A stretch of 62,550 nucleotides of DNA, counting the filler, from Nemertoderma westbladi (taxonomy: Eukaryota; Animalia; Xenacoelomorpha): assembly GCA_032718475.1 (NCBI GenBank). It is 4 parts of 4 records of this genome, joined end to end, with 100 filler letters (N's around TTAATTAATTAA, not from the genome) between each part and the next. Parts side by side here need not be neighbours in the genome. Positions count along the whole stretch, not along the records: positions 39,891 to 56,607 come from JAUCBJ010003849.1; positions 56,708 to 62,550 come from JAUCBJ010001717.1; 2 more parts are not named here. One strand, 5' to 3'. The first letter of the stretch is position 1, and each line of letters begins with the position of its first letter. A model generated the notes under the pieces. That model was not told where the DNA came from, did not search any database, and worked only from the letters and a program-made list of their open reading frames with translations. This document shows, one piece after another, positions 50,381-62,550 of the stretch. The translations under genes and the position numbers were made by a program.

Positions 50381-50589
50381 GATGATCTTATTTAGTTATT
50401 ATTAGGGGCCATACACAAATTATGTCACGTTATTTTTGAGGGGATCCTTCAATGGAGGTATCATATTAGAGTAGTGAACGGTCAGGTAGGAGAAGGGATC
50501 CTATTATAGAGAGATTATTGTTAGGACAGTAGCCCCCGGACAGTACCCCCCCCCCCCCCCCCCCCTGATCATTCAGCTCATTAGAACAG

Positions 50590-50762
50590 GCTGCTTCTAG
50601 TGTTGGTCTTTTTGTTAACTCCAAAAATACCAAAGTTTTGACAGTTAACTTTGAAAGTCCTCAGTAATCTCTGATCGGATGACGGATAGTATGCTTGAGC
50701 ATATGGACGACTTATGTTACTTGGGATCATGGATCCAGAAGTTTGAATACGTAAGGGAAAGT
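50590..50762 (+). mobile_element. Short decayed piece of the second RTE family
   Basis: Matches the reverse complement of about 48630-48825. Confidence 0.7.
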
Positions 50763-50799
50763 CAACTACTTTGAAACCTCTACGTATAAAAATCAATAA

Positions 50800-53700
50800 A
50801 GTACTCCGATGTATTACATTTAGTCATAATCGTATTACAAATCCTTGGGAATTCTCCCTCTAGACCTCTTCTTCAAACACCAAGTGACCCTTCTAATGTA
50901 CCACGTAGATAAACAGGTCATCCCTTCCGCCTCTTCTATTGGTTCTCTCTTCACTAAAATCTCCGCAACACACAACTACTCCATTCCGCATGTGGCAACT
51001 TCTCTATCCCTCTCGTGCGATTAACCTCTTCTCTTAGATCTCTAAATTTCCTGGGCCCGAAGTTGTGGACAGTATCCCATCCGAAATTAAAAGCATATTG
51101 TAAGTGGATTCAATTCCCTGCACTAGTCCCAGCGTAAAATGGGCAAAGTAGCTTTTTACCAATTATAGTTGAGAAGGTGACATTACTAATATAATGTCAC
51201 TTAATAACCAACTTAGGCGATACACACTGCCAGCCACGTATAGAGTTGAGAGGCCATAAGCCATCTCAGGGGACAAAGGGGCTAGCAATTGGGGACAGTT
51301 GCAACAGGGAGTGGCGAGATGGAGATTAATTAGGTTAGCCAATGATGGGAGGGGAAAACAGGTGATTGCAACGCATCCATTGGCCAGGCCGCTTAGAACA
51401 GTAGGAGTAACTAATATGTGTTAGTGATATACCCGTTGTACTTATTGATTATGATTCAGTTGGTATCTGTATAGTTGTGAGACTGGAACGGTTTTTAACC
51501 ATCATCACTACCATGCTATTATATTCTGATTGTGCTATAGAGGTGATATTCTGATTCTGACTGACACTAAAACTCAGTTATTTGAATGGCCTTCTGCCTT
51601 AACATTCAGACTAGAGCCTTTCAGCAGCCTGCGGACGCGGCGACACGTATAGCCCAAAACAACACACCGGTCGGGGTTCAGACTGCCAACTCCTGAGTCC
51701 CGTCACAGTTAAAAACCAAAAGTCAACATCCACTCAAAGAAAATAAACTGTGAAAAGAACACGCCAACGATGAGCAACCAAGAAACACCCCAAGGTCCAG
51801 AGGGAGAAGCGAGCCCGCCCCGAACCCCGAGCTACAGAGACCAGTCGAATCGGGAAGCAGCGACGAGGCAGTACCGGCCTGCCACACCTGATTCGCCAAT
51901 GAGGGACGCTCCAGTCGTTGAAGAGGAGAGCGGTCGAGTATGAGGAAGAGAGGGGAGCGAGTCGACACGAGATCACAGCGGCGAACGAGGTACCAGAGTC
52001 GCCGGCCAACCAATGGCCAAGGGCGGCGAACGGCCCACCGGAACAGCAATGGTGGGGCCGACGGTATGGCGCCGGACAAGGAGGGAAGGTCAAGTCCAGG
52101 AGGAAGACGTTGGGACGAGCGATCGCTTGCAACGAGGATACAACGCCACAAGGAGGTTGTTGAAGGACGCTAAAACTGGAGGAAATGTAGACCAGACCAA
52201 GTTGTACCGGAGGCTAGGTGAGTGCAACAAACATTTTCACTACCTAGTCCGATTTGGGCAGGGGGAACTAGCAAGTGAGAGGGCGAGGGGGGTCGCCACA
52301 GAACTGTTAGAATTATGGCGATCCGAGGTGGTGGCGGCTAGTGTAGTGTCCGTAGGGCCCTATCTAGTGGATGCAAGGGGGATTAAGTTAGTGGGATGGG
52401 TGGATCCACACGACGCCGAACCCGAGGTTAACCCCGAAGATTCAGTGTTGTCAGTTAGTAGGAATGCTAGTAAGCATGGCAAAATCAGTAGGACGAACAG
52501 GTGACGGGAGTCCGTCGCAACCAAAAAGTCCGCTACATCCTCCGCGAAGGATGTTAGAGATAGATCTGGCGTGTCAGCTAGACATGGTCGCGTTAGACCA
52601 AAAGGAACTAGAGAGACAGCTGGATGAGGGGACTGCGTTACTAAAAAGGGAAAGGCAACTAGCCAGAGAGTGTAAAGAGAGGGCCGAGAAGGTGACGAGA
52701 GATTATAGAGAGCTGGAGGCAAGGGAGGCAGAGTGGGCTGAGAAAGAAATGAGTGAGCGCGAAGAGCGGGAGGCGAGAGAAACGAACGAGCGGGAAGAGC
52801 GGGAGGCGAGAGAAATGAACGAGCGCAAAGAGTGGGAGGCGATAGAAATGAACGAGTGCAAAGAGCGGGTTGCGAGGAAGGCTGAGAGGATTGAGAGAGA
52901 GGTGAACAAGCGCAAAGAGCGAGAGGTGAGGAAAGCTGAGAGGATTGCGAGGCGAGTTAGCTGATCAGAGTATTAGAGAGGATAGAGAGAGAGAGGGGGT
53001 GGGTAAACGTATGAGGGATGATATGCATACCTGGTTGAGGGGGTTAATGCAATATCAGACGAAGCAAAACGGCCAATTAGAACTGGCAAAATGGGTTTAT
53101 CAGAGAGCGAGGCTGGTTCGGGAAGTATTTATGAGGTACTTGGGGTGATGGAAACCTTTGTTAATACCCCACTTACAGGTACCGGATGACAGACTCAGAA
53201 CTGGTGTGACCGGATGGATGGGGAGGGGGGGGGGGGGGGGGTGACGACAATATGTTCAATGAGAACGTTAATATTAATAGTACCGTACTATATAACCCTA
53301 ATAATAATGAAACATTTCTTGCAGGAAATAATATTTTTATTAATAATTATGTAAATATTGGTACACCAAATAATGAGAATAACTTAAATAATAACGTTAT
53401 AAATAATCCTGGTGAAATTAATCAAAATAATGCAAGTAATAATACAACAAATCAGCAGGGTGAGGCTAATGGGGGTATAATTAATACAAACGTTGGGGAA
53501 ACAGGTAATTCGCCTAGCGGGGGCCTACAAGGCCACGCGGTTGTGCAGGGAGAGACGCAGGCGAATGAGCCCAGGGAAAATAGAAGTAACGTGTCGACTG
53601 GAGGGGAACATGGGCATGGGGGCGAAAGGGGCAAAGTGAGAAGTGACGGGTGGGGGGGGGGGGGGGCCCACCGCAACCAGTTAGAGGCGAAAGGGGCGAA

Positions 53701-56600
53701 GCGAGAAGTGACGGGTGGGGGGGGGGGGGGGGTGCTACAGGAACCCCGCCGCAACCAGATAGTGATGAGAGGGGGGGGGGGTCAATAAGTGCCCCACAGA
53801 TGTCGACAGGAAATATGCGCTGTGATTCAAGTGAACCGGGGCTCCCAATGACGGAGGAGAATAGAGGGGGGGGCAACAGACACCCCACAGACGTCTGCGG
53901 GAAAGGCGCGTGGTGGATTAAGTGAACCATGGCACCCGACAACGGAGGATAGTAGAAGGGCAATGAATATCCGCGAGGCCATACAACTGGACAGTGGGAG
54001 GGACATTGGTGCTGTAAGCGGCCAAATGAGAAAACGTCGAGCCCACTCGGAAGACGGAAGGAGAACAGTAGAGTTCATCCGGGAGGTCAATACAAGACCT
54101 CATGAAGGAGGACATAACGCCAAAACCAGAAGAAGTGAGGAGGAAAGAGGATATGTTGCCACCAGAGGCGTCGAGACCAGATGGACAGCGAACTGTTGAT
54201 AGTCGAACTAGAGGGGGAGAGCCAGTGGGTTGTACTTCGGGAGATTGCCGTCACGACAGAGAAACACAACCTGTCGAAATATATCACACACCGGGTGAGG
54301 GGTACACTCATACCGGTACAATCTGTAAGTGTACCGGTACAAGGAGGAAGACAGAGGAAGGGATCGGAGGGAAACTTCCCGTCGGAACGTAACTGCCAAT
54401 CGATGATATGGTAGTCGCGGGGAGGAGTTCTCGGAATATTCGAGAAGATTAAACTTCGATCCGGAGGAACACAGGCAGACTGCAAGACATACTGTAGGTC
54501 TTACTGCATATACTATAGGCCATGCTGGGAGAGATAATGTAGGTGATAGGGTGGCGCGAATGCCGGGATTGGACCCGGAGGTCGCGGCTTACATATCGGT
54601 GAGTAGGCAAGAACCTGCTAGGCCTATACCGGTACCTGCACACCAGTATGACTATAATATGCAGGGATATAATACATACCCAGGGGAAGGGGGGGTGGGT
54701 TATTGCAGATAGGTGTATGGGCCCCAATATAAATACATCTACCCCAGTACCAAATATAACATCGGTGGGGGGGGGGGGGGGGGGGGGACAGGGTGACATT
54801 CCCCCATAACTGTATCCACAATACACACAACCAAAATTAAAAACCCTGACCCCCTCAGATCCAAATAAATTGTGTGACACAGAGATATGGAGGGGACTGC
54901 TACCCCCAAAGATATATCCCACTCAGGGAAAGTCGACGAACCCGAGGGGCAAAGCACAGCCAATGTTGAAGGAGCCTGCATCCTTACTGTCGAGCGCGCT
55001 GGAAGTCATGGCAACACTCATCGACACGCTGAAAACTTGAATTGAGATGCCACCCGTGGAGCATCAAGTTTGATGTTAGCAAACCGGAAGAATATCTACA
55101 GTTCCGGAGGATGTACAGTAACGAGATTTTGACGAAAAATCTCACACAGGCGGAATGCCTTAAATATCTACAAGTCTATACAGGGGGGCCAGCCTACGAC
55201 ATCGTGAGGCAATACCAAGGTATTGGAGGAGAATTCACGACCGCATGGAGAGCCCTGGACAGGGAATTTGGCCATCCTGCGAAAATTATCCAACAAACCT
55301 TAAGGGGAATACCATCGGGCGGACTCGCAGATAACCCACCCCGTTAGCATCAAGACTTTCGCTAACAAAGTAGAAAAAGCGCTAATAGTCTTAAAGACTC
55401 TAGATGCACCTTACAAACTCAATGCATCGAACAACATCACCACGATAGCGCAGGCACTACAGATTTGGCTAAGAAACAAATGGAGAAAGATCGCTTTCTC
55501 CACTCGAGAGAAGAAAGGTGCGGAGCCAGGGTTGGAGGAGATGTCGAACTTCCTTAACTCCGAGCGGAGTTAATAATGGATCCAGTCTATAGTGAGGACA
55601 GTCTAGGAAAGGTACCAAAAACCGAATACAGCCGACCTAAACCCGAACATAGTGCAGCAAATGCACTTCCGAAGGTGAGGCAGTCGCTACCGTATGCGGC
55701 CACACAGGGGACTACAAGTCCACAGAGAGCTGGGAGTAGAGCCACACCGTGGCAGGGACAGAAACAAAGCAACAACACCAGTAGATACAAACCCAATACC
55801 CCCAGTAGGCCGAGTCCAAGCAACCAAAACACTAAACCGCTAGATATGAATCTAAGCACAATACGTGAAGCGCTATATGAGGAACGCTACAACCCCGATT
55901 ACAAATGTCAATTGCATAGGTTCGGTACACATAAGACCATAAACTGACATTGGCAGGTGTGCTTAAACAAGATCGGATAGCCTACACCGGTAAGAATGGA
56001 CTATGTCATCGATGCGCGGTAGGAGGACATAGAAAGGATGAATGCCAGGAACCACCGATTAAATATGCCGAGACTGATGGGACTGGAGGCCAGACGATGG
56101 CGACAAGCACCATGGGAGCAAAAGGAAGGGACGGTACTATCGGAGTAGTACCAGTGAGAATAATATGAGAGAACAGGCTGTCGGTTACGATGCTAATGTT
56201 GGTCGATAGCGGAGCAGCATTCACGCTAACGGAGAGTTGGGTGGCCGAGAAGATTGGTTACAAACAAGGCCAAGTAAGATGACGAGGACCACGATCTCAA
56301 GTAAAAACGACAGTCATGAAGATGAGGACGGGACGGTGTGAAATCGAAGCGATAACACCAGGGTGCGACTATGGGGCTACAACGGCCTTAACATGCAGAC
56401 TAGAGCCTTTCAGCAGCCTACGGACGCGGCGACGCGTATAGCCCAAAACAACACACCGGTCGGGGTTCAGACTGCCAACTCCTGAGTCCCGTCACGCATA
56501 TCGAACGCGAAAATGATATTTTCTAAGTACCTAAAATCTTATTTCATTTCAACTCTGTAAATTGCAAAGCCTTTCTTTCACATTATCAACTCTTATTTAA
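50800..56600 (+). mobile_element. CR1/L2 LINE 3' end split by the LTR element (pieces about 50800-51098 and 56497-56600)
   Basis: Reads FLGPKLW..IPSEIKSI|SNAKMIFSKYLKSYFISTL* across the insertion. Confidence 0.7.
51099..56496 (+). mobile_element. BEL/Pao LTR retrotransposon, internally deleted and pseudogenised
   Basis: 5' LTR TG...CA at 51099-51707; 3' LTR remnant at 56385-56496; TSD CATAT. Contains DUF1759-like gag (KFD...EEYLQFRR...LKYLQVYTGGPA...AWRALDREFG), CCHC-like knuckles (LCHRCAVGGHRKDEC) and a protease motif LVDSGA. No RT, RNase H or integrase. Confidence 0.88.
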
Positions 56601-56607
56601 AGATTCC

Positions 56608-56707
56608 NNNNNNNNNNNNNNNNNNNNNNNNNNNNNNNNNNNNNNNNNNNNTTAATTAATTAANNNNNNNNNNNNNNNNNNNNNNNNNNNNNNNNNNNNN
56701 NNNNNNN
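56608..56707. other. Assembly gap spacer
   Basis: N run with a central TTAATTAATTAA. Confidence 0.98.
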
Positions 56708-57402
56708 ACAAATATTAATTAATCAACCTGTCGTTCTGTCACTTTTTTTGCCCTGTTCAATTTTGAACGTTAATAACTCGATCAATCCTCAATGAAATGT
56801 AACCAAACTTGGTAGACAAATAGTCTGTCAAAAGTTTAGAAATTTTCCAAGTTGAATTTGCTTGGGGCCTTCGTTCAGCACCAGTGTAACTGTCTTACAG
56901 TTATAATAAATTTATTTATCCAAAATTACAACGCTTGACATCAGCGGGTTGCTAGGAGACTAAATTAGCTGGGTTTCTGGCAAATTACGAAATTACAGCA
57001 TGGATACTTATACGGCTTAACATGCTTGCGCATAGGCCTGTTTCAAAAGAGGCCAGTTTTTCCAGTACTTTAACTTTACTACTGCACTACACTACCGGTA
57101 GTACTAATTATTTACTTAATGTTGTATTTATACCTGTAATATCTGAATATAAACATGGATGGCCTTTGCTTTTGGTTGTTTATGATAAAAAAAAACATAT
57201 CTACTTGTTATTAATTGTTTTTTCCTGCCTGATTACAGTATTAATTACTACCAGTTGCCAGTAAAGATACGTTGCTGCCTAAAGTGTAAAATATTTAGCC
57301 TACTGGTCTGATATTGTATTCCACCTTAATCTGCTCATTGCTGCATTGCTTAAGTTATTCAATTAAATATTAATTATTCATAATTATTTACATTCAAACA
57401 TT

Positions 57403-58028
57403 ATGGTGAATAAATGCTGCGTCGTTGGCTGCAAGACAGGGTACACTAGTCTAGTGGCGTTCGGAAACCTTCATTTAAGTTTCCGACGGCGCCGGACTTG
57501 CGAGAGCGATGGGTTCGCTTCATTAACCGCCAGGACTACAAAGTCACGAAGTATTCCTGCGTTTGCGTGGACCAATTTGAGGATGATTACTTAACAACAT
57601 CTGGAGCTGAAAACGTGAAATTGGATTGGTCCATTGTCTCCCGTAATAACCATCGCAGTTGCAGTTGCTGGGACAATTCGAGAGTACCACCCTGACGAGA
57701 TGTCCCAATTCCACAGACAATTTGCAGTCTCGTCGCTTGATGATATTACTGTGGATTGCTGTCCCTGGCTATGTCTTCGACAAAACAACCCATCGCGTTC
57801 TGACAGTCTAATCTATAAGTTAGATTTGAGTGGCGATATGCATCGGTTGGATGGAGCGATACGAATATCGGCAGATTTACGAGTTAAACTCGAACTAACT
57901 CACCGCCCTGTTCATCTCCCGAAATGGTTTTGGTTGGCAACCAATCACCACTGCATATTGAATAACACCGCACAGCTCGATAACCTGGTGGTTTATCTTC
58001 GAAACACGACCCCAGAACAACAACTCTA
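57403..58028 (+). pseudogene. THAP-domain (P-element-type) transposase 5' fragment, frameshifted
   Basis: MVNKCCVVGC in one frame and FPTAPDLRERWVRFINR...SCVCVDQF in another, giving the THAP C2CH pattern with H replaced by Q. Cut by the RTE at about 58030. Confidence 0.7.
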
Positions 58029-58029
58029 C

Positions 58030-59640
58030 TATACTACTAGGATCAGCATGCTGCATTGCAGCTGCATTTTTAAGAATGCTGTGCCGGCTTGTCGACAAAA
58101 TTGCGCCACCACAACTCCCTATCACCCAAAACATTTGCTAGATCATCCGCATCTTCAAGGCCAGTGTCCTTTAAGATGCGTCTCAAGAAAGTCATGGGCT
58201 GTCCACCATGCTTATTCACTCCATGAGGCTGCCAAAGTACAAGATTATGCGCTGGCTGGTCCTCCCTGGTCCCACGACCTTTACGGAACCCATTCTGATT
58301 TCCATGGAGCAGTCTCTCAATGGGATTCCTGATGCGATTTAATGGAATTCTATTGTATAGCTTTGCAGCAATCGAGATCAATGAGATTCCCCGAAAAGAA
58401 CCATAGAGTGTTAGGTTGCCCGTCTTGGGAACTGGCACCAACTTATTTGTTTTCATTTCTTGTGGGACTCTTGTTGTTCGGTACATGTCTACTATGATGG
58501 GATAGATGAGCTTTAAACACTCAGGTATTTTAAAGACCTCAGGGGGAACACCATCTACTCCACTGGCACGATTGGTCTTAATGCTCTTTGCAGCAGCCTT
58601 CACTTCTGCAAAGGAGATATCGCCAATGGGAATATCTGGGAGTACAGACTCAGACACTTTTACTTCTATAAAGTTATCAGGCAATACCCTGTCATTATTG
58701 AGGAGCTTTTCAAAGTGGGCCTTCCAACCATTAAGGCGATCGGCTGGTGATTCAGCCTTAACCTTGGTGGTTGGTTGGCTTTTCCGCCCAGTAAGCAAGT
58801 TGATCGAATCCCATGCCTGGGATGATTGCCTGCTGTCGTCAGCATCATTGATGGCATCAACCTGTTGGTTTATTAGCTCCTGTAGGTTAACAGAGTACTG
58901 CTTGTTCAGGAACCTAGATGCCGCCTTAACTGTTTCTTTTCCTTTACTTAACTGTTTGTAACATTCTTTGCCGCTGTAGTCTGTTTGAGTCGGGACTCTT
59001 TCTGCGCCTTATAGAGGTCATTTCGGCACTTATGAACTTTGTTGTCAGTCCAGGGGGCCCTTTTCCTGTTTCGGGGGTAGGAACTGTTTCTGCAGCTGCT
59101 AACTTAACTGCTTCTGTGAAGGCAGTATAGACCTCGCAGTGATCTGCCGCCTCAGAGGCAAGAACCTCATACCTGTTGCTCAGCTGTAGTATGAAGCTGG
59201 ATCTCACACTTGGCTGTTGCAACAGAGAGGACCAGTCATATGCCGCGGCAAGGCAGATTTCGTTGTTCTGCTAGCACGCAGACTGAGTCTTACCGTGGCC
59301 ACAATAAGGCGGTGATCACTGGAGAAGGGTCGAAATGTAAATGCATTACAGTCTTGTATAGAGCTCCTGTATTTCCTACGAAACAGAATATGGTCTATCT
59401 TGGACTTGTGACCACGAGGGTCCACTATGAGTCCATAGCTTTCCAGTTCGCTTCTTGAACTGGGTTCCAGCCGAAAACAACCCATTTCCAGAGGTAAAAT
59501 CCTGAAGATGGACAGAATTTCGGTTAACACTATTGCTATAGACCCCGGGCGATGTAGGTGATTGATGCAGACTTGCATTAAAGTCTCCCAGGAATGTTAA
59601 GAATGCATGCTGATCCACTCCATCAGTAGCTGCTTGTAGA
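58030..59640 (-). mobile_element. Second RTE family copy with APE, RT start and an internal deletion
   Basis: Motifs LGDFNA, KIDHILF, SSDH and SFRGISL; QNGFRKGRGT is joined directly to the C-terminal REDQP; TAG tail present. Confidence 0.88.
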
Positions 59641-60189
59641 TAGCCTGAGAGAACAACAGTAGAGAAACCGGTAGCATGGAACCTAACGGTAAATTTCTGG
59701 AGGACATAAAAAGGGCAGTGATTTTTTATGTCCTTTTATTTGACTTTTTTGTCCTCCTTTTTTTACGAATTGTGCATAATGACTTTTGTTGTCCCTTTAA
59801 TGACCTTTGTTGTCCTTTTAATGACTTTTTATGTATGTATTTCTTCAAACTGTCAGACTGCTGATTTCTGGACTGTCCGACAGTTGATTTCAACATGCCT
59901 ATGCCAAAACATTCAAAATTTGTTGATTTCTGGTCTGTCGGACAGTTGGTTTCACTATGCCTGTGCCAAAACATTCCATGATTTATAGACTATGAGATAT
60001 ATATCCATATGCGCCTGTGGTAAAAGACTCTAAATTTAATAGTTCGTGGTTGTTGTCGATAATCGATTACCACATGACGTAGCAAAACACTCATTTTATA
60101 GCCAAAAACAATTACAAATTGATGGAAAGGAGCAGGTTAAGGCATGGAATACTAAATATAGATATCTATATTTAGTATTCCATGGTTAA

Positions 60190-61000
60190 GGCCGGATTTT
60201 CTAACCAAAACAATAAACAGTCACTTTACCAAATGAAGGTTTAACTAATTGAGATTTAACTATTTGAGGGAAAGGAGCGGCGGGTTACAGAGGCGGGATT
60301 TTATAACCAAAACAATAAACGATAACATTACCAATTGAGAGAAAGGAGCAGGTTACAGAGGCAGGATCTTCTAATCAAAACAATAAACAGTCACTTTACC
60401 AAATCAGGGAAAGGAGCAGGTTACAGAGACGGGATTTTCTAACCAAAACAATAAACGATAACATTACCAATTGAGAGAAAGGAGCAGATTACAGAGGCGG
60501 GATCTTCTAACCAAAACAATAAACAGTCACTTTACCAAATCAGGGAAAGGAGCAGGTTACAGAGACGGGATTTTCTAACCAAAACAATAAACGATAACAT
60601 TACCAATTGAGAGAAAGAAGCAGGTTACAGAGGCGGGATTTTCTAACCAAAACAATAAAACAGTCACTTTACCAAATCAGGAAAAGGAGTAGGTTACAGA
60701 GGCGGGATCTTCTAACCAAAACAATAAACAGTCACTTTACCAAATCAGGGAAAGGAGCAGGTTACAGAGACGGGATTTTCTAACCAAAACAATAAACGAT
60801 AACATTACCAATTGAGAGAAAGTAGCAGGTTACAGAGGTGGGATTTTCTAACCAAAACAATAAAACAGTCACTTTACAAAATGAAGGAAAGGAGCAGGTT
60901 ACAGAGGCGGGTCTTTCTAACCAAAACAATAAACGGTCACTTTACCAAATCAGGGAAAGGAGCAGTTTACAGAGGCGGGATTTTCTAACCAAAACAACCG
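60190..61000. repeat. About 60-bp tandem repeat with alternating A/B variants (about 120-bp dimer)
   Basis: gaaaggagcaggttacagag(a/g)cgggattttctaaccaaaacaataaac recurs about 13 times. Confidence 0.92.
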
Positions 61001-61837
61001 GTACTAAAATACCTAAATCTGAATCTTCCTTTATACCTACATCTGTACAAGCAATACTGCAAAATAGTGCTCTATATACTGTACAGTACTAATACCGGTA
61101 CTGATAGCCTGGGAGAACAGCAATAGAGAAACCGGTAGCATGGAACCTAACGGTAGATTTCTGGAGGACATAAAAAGTAAAAAAAAAGGACAAAAAAAGG
61201 ATTTAAAAGGACAATAAAAATTATTGCGCATAAAAAGTAAAAAAAAAGGACATCATGAGTGATTTAAACGGACAATAAAAATTATTGCGGTTTATTATTG
61301 TTTTGGCTACAACCATCTATGGTAGACGTGGTCACTTTCCCTTGTGGCCTTGTGTGATTGATACTACAGTAATATTCATGATGATTGGACCAGTATTATT
61401 TCTGTAGTTTCCATATTTCATTCCAGCGATTGGACTACCATGTATACTAGCTAGAGATGGCATCATCAGTTTCTCAAGCATGGGATTGGTTCTACTAAGC
61501 GACGTGATAATACTGTTCACTTTGCTTCGATTTATACAATTCATAACGGATGATTCTGATAGCTTCTAGATTTGAAAATAATCCGACGTCCACCCCAAGT
61601 ACTAAAAAATGTAACATTTGTATAATTTATTGAACTGTGTAGCACTGCGGTATGTATACAGTAGTTACCCCTACAACACGAGAGGGGTCTTCGTACAGCA
61701 AAAGCATCTTTGCGAACAATTATAATTATAACATATATGGCAGTAGTTATATCTTGGCTTCCGCGCTTCCGACATACACACACTCCGACATTGGGCCTAC
61801 GAGGCATCTGTCATTATTGATTTATTTATTCATTATA

Positions 61838-62550
61838 AGTCCCCCGAACAGTAGCCCCCCTGGACAGTAGCCACCCGGACAGTAGCCCTCGCGGACAGTA
61901 CCCCCCCCCCCCCCCCCCCCGGACAGTAGCCCCCCGGACAGAAGCCCCCGGACAGTAGCCCCCCGGACAGTAACCACCCGAACAGTAGCCCCCCCCAGAC
62001 ATTAGCCCCCCGGACAGTAGCCCCCCCCCCCCCCCCCACTCCGGACAGTAGCTCCCCGGACAGAAGCCCCCCGGACAGTAGCCCCCCGGAGAGTAACCCC
62101 CCCCCCCCCCCCCAGGACAGTAGCCCCCTGAACAGTAGCCCCCGGACAATAGCCCCCCGGACAGTAGCCACCTGGACAGTAGCCCCCGGACAGTAGCCCC
62201 GCGGACAGAAGCCCCCCGGACAGTAGCCCACCAGACAGTAGCCCCCAGAACAGTACCCCCCCGGACATTACTCCCCCCCCCCCCCGGACAGTAGCCCCCC
62301 AGACAGTACCCCCCCCCCCCGGTCAGTAGCCCCCGGACAGTAGCCCCCCGGACAATAGCCCCCCGGACAGTAGCCACCCGGAAGTAGCCCCCGGACAGTA
62401 GTCCCGCGGACAGAAGCCCCCCGGACAGTAGCCCCCCAGACAGTAGCCCCCCGAACAGTAGCCCCCCGGACAGTAGCCCCCCGAACAGTAGCCCCCCCCC
62501 CCCCCCCAAAAAAAAAAATAGTAGCCCCCCCCCCCCCCCAAAAAAAAATA
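61838..62550. repeat. GC-rich ~15-17 bp repeat GGACAGTAG(C)n, probably a transposon subterminal array
   Basis: About 40 units; the same motif occurs at 50524-50560. Confidence 0.9.

Noticed and set aside
61826-62541. Gly-rich ORFs (GGYCPGG / GGLLSGG)
   Set aside because: Translations of the GGACAGTAG(C)n repeat in several frames.

Overview
This is AT-rich invertebrate animal genomic DNA, not prokaryotic, and it contains no CRISPR array. Three 100-nt scaffold gaps are present. The main host gene is a 7-coding-exon minus-strand gene (13756->2273, 429 aa by my exon assembly). It encodes an N-terminal calbindin/secretagogin-like EF-hand pair joined in frame to a four-and-a-half-LIM (FHL/Limpet) module. 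The most striking structure is that several of its splice junctions have been tandemly amplified into the introns. One intron holds about 235 copies of a 21-bp unit made of the last 15 exon nucleotides plus the GTAAGA donor, kept in frame. There is also an array of about 20 acceptor copies, two small donor duplications and an array of TTTTATACCAG|GT sites. A terminal exon matching the MEX3 RING C-terminus lies at 39020-39088 (-), followed by a long AT-rich putative 3' UTR. The rest is mobile-element debris and satellites: RTE, RTE-X and CR1/L2 LINEs, a deleted BEL/Pao LTR element, piggyBac-, Harbinger-, GG-ended 8-bp-TSD and TA-TSD non-autonomous DNA elements, THAP and integrase fragments, and 4-, 24-, 30-, 60- and 77-bp tandem arrays. 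All calls were read by eye; no database search was run.
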